Source of the DNA: Candidatus Entotheonellaceae bacterium
GTDB lineage: Bacteria > Tectomicrobia > Entotheonellia > Entotheonellales > Entotheonellaceae
NCBI GenBank assembly: GCA_965238075.1
Contig: OZ250173.1
Location: 2,464,001 to 2,528,000, forward strand
Direction of reading: 5' to 3'
Length of the DNA stretch: 64,000 nt
A program made the translations under genes and the position numbers. Position 1 is the stretch's first letter. Each line of letters begins with the position of its first letter. Of the stretch, positions 57,275 through 64,000 are shown in pieces. Under the pieces are notes generated by a model that was not told the origin of the DNA, did not search any database, and saw only the letters and a list, made by a program, of their open reading frames with translations.

Positions 57275-59089
57275 CTAATCCCGCTGCCCGGCGGTGGACA
57301 AACGCCGGTCCAGGTCGTAGGCGGCGCTGATCAGCGCCAAGTGTGTGAACGCTTGCGGAAAGTTCCCCAAATGCTCGCCGTGCGGGCCAAGCTCCTCGGC
57401 GAACAGGCCGAGGTGGTTGGCGTAGCCCAGCGCCTTTTCGAACAGAAACCGCGCCCCTTGCAGATCGCCGCTGCGCGCCACGCATTCCACGAACCAGAAG
57501 GTGCAAATACAGAACGTTCCCTCGCCGCCCGCCAGCCCGTCGGATACCTCTTCCGTGCGGTATCGGTACACCAGTGAATCGTCCACCAAATCTTCGTGAA
57601 TGGCCTTCAGGGTAGAAATCCAGCGCGGGTCCTTGGGGCCGATGAACTTCACCAATGGCATGATCAGCGCCGAGGCGTCCATGGCCGTCGTGTCCGCGTG
57701 TTGCACAAAGGCTCGCCGGGGCTCGTTCCAGAATTTGGTGAACACCTCCCTGTAGATATCGGTGCGCACCCGGTGCCAGCGGTCCAGCGGCGCCGGCAGC
57801 GACCGCTTGTGGGCCAGCCGGAAGGCGCGGTCAATGGCCACCCAAGACATGATGCGAGAATACAGGAAGGCATGCTGCCCGCCGCGCACCTCCCAGATCC
57901 CCTCGTCCTTGCGTTGCCAGTTGGCGCAGACCCAGTCGACCAGGCGCGTCAGGTTCTCCCACAGGTCGTACGATATGGGATCGCCGTACTTGTCGTAGAG
58001 ATACACCGAATCCATCAGTTCGCCATATATGTCGAGTTGCAACTGATCGTACGCGCCGTTACCGATACGCACCGGTGACGATTTGAGATATCCCTCCAGG
58101 TGCGGCAGGTGCTCCTCCGTCAGGTGATGGCGGCCGTCGATGCCGTACATGATCTGAAGTGAGCCGTCGTCGTTCGGCTCCGCGCAACGCGCCTCGATCC
58201 ACTTCATGAACTCCCCCGCTTCTTGCGTGTACCCAAGGCGTATGAGACCATACAGCGTGAAGGAAGCATCGCGGATCCAGGTGTAGCGATAGTCCCAGTT
58301 GCGCTCGCCGCCCACCTCCTCGGGCAGGCCAAAAGTCGCCGCCGCCACTACCGAGCCGTGCAGGCGGGAAGTAAGCAGTTTCAACGTCAGGGCCGAGCGA
58401 TTCACCACTTCCCGCCAGCGCCCGCGATAGGTCGAGCGCGCCACCCACCGGTGCCAAAAATTAACCGTCTCTTTGAACGAACGCGACACATAACTCGGCG
58501 ACGACAGGGAGGGCTCACCGGGAATCGCCTGCTCCAGAACGAACGACGCCGACTCGTTGCTCCGCAGGGTGAATTCGGCAATGGCGGCGCCGTTCTCGAT
58601 GCGCACCGGAATCTCCGTGCACAGACGCAGGGCGGTTTTGTCCGGCCCATCCGAAACGAACAGCACCCCGTCAAACGTTTCCGTGACCTTGTGGGTCGCG
58701 CGTCCGTAGTCGAAGCGGGGCTCGCAAATCATGCGGAAGGTGATCTCGCCGCGCACGGTCTTGACCCGGCGCACCAGGTTGTGGGCGTGCCCGTGGCCAT
58801 CTTCCTCCAGGGGCATCAAATCCGACACTTCAGCCACCCCTTCGTTGGACAGAAAACGGGTCAACAGAACATTCGTATCGGGCAGGTAGAGTTGCTTGTG
58901 GCTTGAGGCAGCAAATATCGGGGCGATCTGGAACCGGCCGCCTTTTTTTTCGTCAAGCAAGGCCGCAAAAACCGTCGGCGAGTCAAAGTGCGGGAACGAC
59001 ATGAAATCGATCGATCCATTCATCCCGACGAGCGCCACGGTATGAAGGTCTCCGATCACGCCATAATTCTCAATCGGCTGGTACGGCAT
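57275..59089 (-). CDS. glycoside hydrolase family 15 (trehalase/glucoamylase-like)
   Basis: GLPE..GGERNWDYRYTWIRDA, QLDIYGE, GIWEVRG, EGTF..CTFW, GNFPQAFTH. Confidence 0.95.
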   Translation of the reverse strand: MPYQPIENYGVIGDLHTVALVGMNGSIDFMSFPHFDSPTVFAALLDEKKGGRFQIAPIFAASSHKQLYLPDTNVLLTRFLSNEGVAEVSDLMPLEEDGHGHAHNLVRRVKTVRGEITFRMICEPRFDYGRATHKVTETFDGVLFVSDGPDKTALRLCTEIPVRIENGAAIAEFTLRSNESASFVLEQAIPGEPSLSSPSYVSRSFKETVNFWHRWVARSTYRGRWREVVNRSALTLKLLTSRLHGSVVAAATFGLPEEVGGERNWDYRYTWIRDASFTLYGLIRLGYTQEAGEFMKWIEARCAEPNDDGSLQIMYGIDGRHHLTEEHLPHLEGYLKSSPVRIGNGAYDQLQLDIYGELMDSVYLYDKYGDPISYDLWENLTRLVDWVCANWQRKDEGIWEVRGGQHAFLYSRIMSWVAIDRAFRLAHKRSLPAPLDRWHRVRTDIYREVFTKFWNEPRRAFVQHADTTAMDASALIMPLVKFIGPKDPRWISTLKAIHEDLVDDSLVYRYRTEEVSDGLAGGEGTFCICTFWFVECVARSGDLQGARFLFEKALGYANHLGLFAEELGPHGEHLGNFPQAFTHLALISAAYDLDRRLSTAGQRD

Positions 59090-59197
59090 GACGACTCTCC
59101 TTGCACAGCACGTTGAAAGAGGGACTCCCTCCCCCCACGACACGATTGCCGTTTACCCAAGAGGCCCGCAATTATACAGGAAGCGGGGGCGAACACG

Positions 59198-61012
<1,815 letters not shown>

Positions 61013-61083
61013 CATGCCCGCCCCGCAACCCCACCTGATAGCCCCGTTACGAATATCCGTCACACGAAACTAAGGAGAAGACC

Positions 61084-61893
61084 GTGGGAGTTCTGGATGG
61101 CAAAGTGGCCATTGTCACCGGCGCCGGACGCTTGCGCGGCATCGGCCGGGCGACGGCCGTGGCGCTGGCGGAAATGGGCGCCGATGTGGCCGTGACCGGC
61201 ACCGGACGGCATCCCGACACCTTTCCCGATGACGAGAAGGCGGTGAATTGGCGCGACGTGCACAGCACGGTGGAACAAATCGCCGCAGCCGGTGGCCGCG
61301 GCCTGGCGCTGATCGGTGACATCAGCAATTCCGATGACGTGCAAGGCTTTGTGCGTCAAACGCGCGAGGCATGGGGCCGGGTAGACATTGTGATCAATAA
61401 CGCCGCGGTGGCGCGGGGTGAAGACCGCGTGCCGGTGGTGGAACTCAGCGAGGAGTTGTTCCGGCGCGTTTTGGAGGTCAAGGTGGTCGGGTCGTTCCTG
61501 CTGTGCAAGGCCGTCATCCCGGTGCTGCTGGAGCAGAACGAGGGCGGCCGCATCATCAACATTTCGTCGGTGGCGGGCAAGCGCGGTTCGGCCAACACGT
61601 CGGCGTATTGCGCGTCCAATTTCGCGTTGCAGGGGTTCACGCAGTCGCTGGCGCAGGAACTGGCGCCGCACCGCATCAGCGTCAACGCCGTTTGCCCGGG
61701 AATCATCGACACGGCCCGCATGGACGTTCTGGGACGCGGCGAAACGTGGCAGCGCAACGTCGATACCGTGCCCATGCAGCGCGCCGCCAGCGACGAAGAG
61801 GTAGCCGGGCTGATCGCCTACCTGTGCACGCCGATTGCCGCATACATCACCGGGCAGTCCATCAACATCGACGGCGGCCGGGTCATGTGGTAA
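61084..61893 (+). CDS. SDR family NAD(P)-dependent oxidoreductase (atypical YxxxN)
   Basis: TGAGRLRGIG, NNAA, NISS, YCASN, NAVCPG, ITGQSINIDGG. Confidence 0.92.
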   Translation: MGVLDGKVAIVTGAGRLRGIGRATAVALAEMGADVAVTGTGRHPDTFPDDEKAVNWRDVHSTVEQIAAAGGRGLALIGDISNSDDVQGFVRQTREAWGRVDIVINNAAVARGEDRVPVVELSEELFRRVLEVKVVGSFLLCKAVIPVLLEQNEGGRIINISSVAGKRGSANTSAYCASNFALQGFTQSLAQELAPHRISVNAVCPGIIDTARMDVLGRGETWQRNVDTVPMQRAASDEEVAGLIAYLCTPIAAYITGQSINIDGGRVMW

Positions 61894-63489
61894 TCAGGCG
61901 CTCCCTCTGTAACGCCGCAGAAACCACATGAGCGGCATGACGGCCAGGCAGATCATGGCCAGCACCAGAAAACAGTCCTGATACGCCGCCACCATGCCCT
62001 GCTGCGCCAAATGGCGGCCCAACAGGGCCCATGCCTTCATATCCGCCATGGCGCCCACCTCGCCCGCGCGGCCCATCAGGTCCCAGGCGGGCGTCAGCAC
62101 GTCGTGCCAGGCGAGCGACGAAGACACCTGCTGCTGGTCCAGGGCTATCGTGTGATACGCCGAGCGGCGTTGCAGAACGGTGGTCATCAGCGCTACGCCG
62201 AGGGTGCCGCCGACGCCGTGCTGGATGAGCGTCAGGATGCCCGACCCCATGCGTACCTTTTCGGGCGGCAGCAGCACCAGGGAGGCGGCGTTCATCGGCG
62301 TGAACACGAAACCGATGGTGATGTAGCGCACCATGATCATCCACGTCACCCAGCTAACCGGCTGGTCCAGGGTCAGGAAGGAAAAGCTGTACGAGGCGAG
62401 GGCGAACAGGGCCAGGCCGGTCCAGATGATGTAGCGCCGGTCGAGCTTATCGGCCAGCCGACCGGCCAGCAGCGTGCTGATACCCATGCTCAGGGCGCCG
62501 GGCAGTTGGACGAGGCCGGCCTGCGCCGGTGTGTAGCCCATGAGGCGCTGCAGCAGGATGGTCTGCAGGAAACCGGTGCCCCAGAAGGCCATGGCGACAC
62601 CGAGACCCGCCAGCGAGATGGCGGCGAAGGCCGGGTCTCGGTACAGGCTCACTTCCACCAGCGGCTCCTGTTTCCACAGTTCCAGAATGACGAAGGCCAC
62701 GAAAGCCAGCCCGCCGATGACGAACAGGCGCTGAATGATCGGGGCGTCCCAGCCGAGCCGTTGGCCCTGACTGAAGGCGCTCAGCAGGCAGACCAGAAAC
62801 ACCGCCAGACTCACCAGGCCCGCCAGATCGAAGGAGCGCTTGACTGTTTCACGAGTGTTCGGCAGCACCAGCATGACCAGCAGCATACCGAGGATCCCCG
62901 GTACTATGTTGAACGAGAACACCATGCGCCAGCTCAGATACTCGGTCACGTAGCCGCCCAGCACCGGCCCGAAGGCGGGGCCGAACGACACCCCCAGGCC
63001 GTACAGCCCCATGGCCAGGCCGCGCTGCCGGGGCGGAAAGCTGCTGTGCAGGATCACCAGCGCCATGGGCATGATGGGGCCGCTGCCGATGCCTTGCAGC
63101 ACCCGGAACAGAATCAGCGAGGTGCTGCTCCAGGCGAAGCTGCACAGGGCTGAGCCGCTGACGAACACCAGCAGACTGATCAGGAAGACGTTGCGATTGC
63201 CCAGCCGGTTGCCCAGCCAGCCGACGGTGGGAATGAGCACGGCGCCGGCGATCATGTAGGCGGTGACGATCCACTGCGCCTGATCAAGGTTGAGGCCGAA
63301 CGCCGTCATGATGGGCGGCAGCGCGACGCTGACCGTGGCACTGCTCATGACCACGATGAAGGCGCACAGCATGACCGTGAGCGCCACCCACCACTTGTAG
63401 GATGGCCGCTCGGGGGCGATGGTGAACAGGCGGCGCCAAGCACCCTCAGAACGCTCGCGCATTGGCTCCACGCGCTGCGGAGATGCCAT
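61894..63489 (-). CDS. DHA2 family (EmrB/QacA) MFS efflux transporter
   Basis: 14-TM pattern, WIVTAY, GWLGNRLG, FRVLQGIG, GPAFGPVLGG, WRMVF. Confidence 0.93.
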   Translation of the reverse strand: MASPQRVEPMRERSEGAWRRLFTIAPERPSYKWWVALTVMLCAFIVVMSSATVSVALPPIMTAFGLNLDQAQWIVTAYMIAGAVLIPTVGWLGNRLGNRNVFLISLLVFVSGSALCSFAWSSTSLILFRVLQGIGSGPIMPMALVILHSSFPPRQRGLAMGLYGLGVSFGPAFGPVLGGYVTEYLSWRMVFSFNIVPGILGMLLVMLVLPNTRETVKRSFDLAGLVSLAVFLVCLLSAFSQGQRLGWDAPIIQRLFVIGGLAFVAFVILELWKQEPLVEVSLYRDPAFAAISLAGLGVAMAFWGTGFLQTILLQRLMGYTPAQAGLVQLPGALSMGISTLLAGRLADKLDRRYIIWTGLALFALASYSFSFLTLDQPVSWVTWMIMVRYITIGFVFTPMNAASLVLLPPEKVRMGSGILTLIQHGVGGTLGVALMTTVLQRRSAYHTIALDQQQVSSSLAWHDVLTPAWDLMGRAGEVGAMADMKAWALLGRHLAQQGMVAAYQDCFLVLAMICLAVMPLMWFLRRYRGSA

Positions 63490-63638
63490 TTGGCTCCCTA
63501 ACCTTTGGTGAGGTGAGACGATGCGTTGGAGAAGTGCTATAAGGAATAGCCCGCTTCGGGGAACACAGGCAGATTACACCGCAGCAGGAAGCGATGCAAA
63601 ACGGGCGTCAGCATGACGCACACGCAAAGGAGGCAGGC

Positions 63639-64000
63639 ATGCCGCAGACAAATCGCGTGAAGGCGGCCATGAAAGAAGGGCGCATGGCCTACGGCTACAA
63701 CCTGGCCTTTCCGGCCCCGTGGGTGGTGGACATCCTCGGCAAGCAGCCCTTCGACTTCGTATGGCTCGACGGCGAGCACGGGCCGTTCGGGCTGGAGCAA
63801 CTGGAGCACCTATGCCGCGCCGCCGAGGCGGTGGAGGTGACGCCCATCGCGCGCGTGCCGGACATCAAGGCTTCCACCATCTTGCGCTTTCTCGACCGCG
63901 GCATACAGGGCGTTCTTGGTCCCCATATCGCCACCGCGGCGGACGCCGAGGAGCTGGTGCGGTCCTGCTATTTCGGCCCGCTCGGCGAGCGCTCGTTCGG
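63639..64000 (+). CDS. HpcH/HpaI aldolase family protein, 3'-truncated by the window edge
   Basis: RBS AGGAGG; translation MPQTNRVK...FDFVWLDGEHG...PIARVP...LDRGIQGVLGPHI...FGPLGERSF. Absent from the ORF track because it has no stop codon in the window. Confidence 0.9.
   Translation, partial: MPQTNRVKAAMKEGRMAYGYNLAFPAPWVVDILGKQPFDFVWLDGEHGPFGLEQLEHLCRAAEAVEVTPIARVPDIKASTILRFLDRGIQGVLGPHIATAADAEELVRSCYFGPLGERSF

Overview
GC-rich chromosomal window from a diderm bacterium. It is mostly intact housekeeping operons: TPR-lipoprotein-ispE-tRNA-Gln-prs-rplY-pth-rpsF-ssb-rpsR-DUF2232-rplI-dnaB-alr-tgt; pilMN(O-P)Q-aroB-aroQ-plsC-dciA; hflKC; CYTH-purQ-purB-serS; and cysteine synthase-FIST-methyltransferase-ligA-nth. 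Catabolic genes are interspersed (LLM oxidoreductase, amidohydrolase, three acyl-CoA ligases, SDR, GH15, MFS, HpcH aldolase). The gene order is Deltaproteobacteria-like, and the gene content recalls Tectomicrobia-like or sponge-associated lineages; this is inference only. I saw no CRISPR array, prophage or rRNA. Most unusual observations: (1) a pyruvate kinase with an N-terminal pseudo-receiver domain lacking the phospho-Asp; (2) a type IV pilus operon in which PilO and PilP form one polypeptide with no PilP lipobox, while PilQ has a lipobox; (3) an unassigned 159-nt multi-stem, possibly pseudoknotted RNA candidate upstream of rhodanese-mrp; (4) a protein-kinase-like orphan with swapped catalytic-loop residues, head-to-head with pilM; (5) a RAYT transposase whose REP palindromes lie inside its own ORF; (6) in-frame insertions in housekeeping genes (51-bp palindromic insert in miaB, 30-bp tandem duplication in ligA); (7) several eroded accessory pseudogenes. 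All family assignments come from motif recognition by eye; no database search was run.
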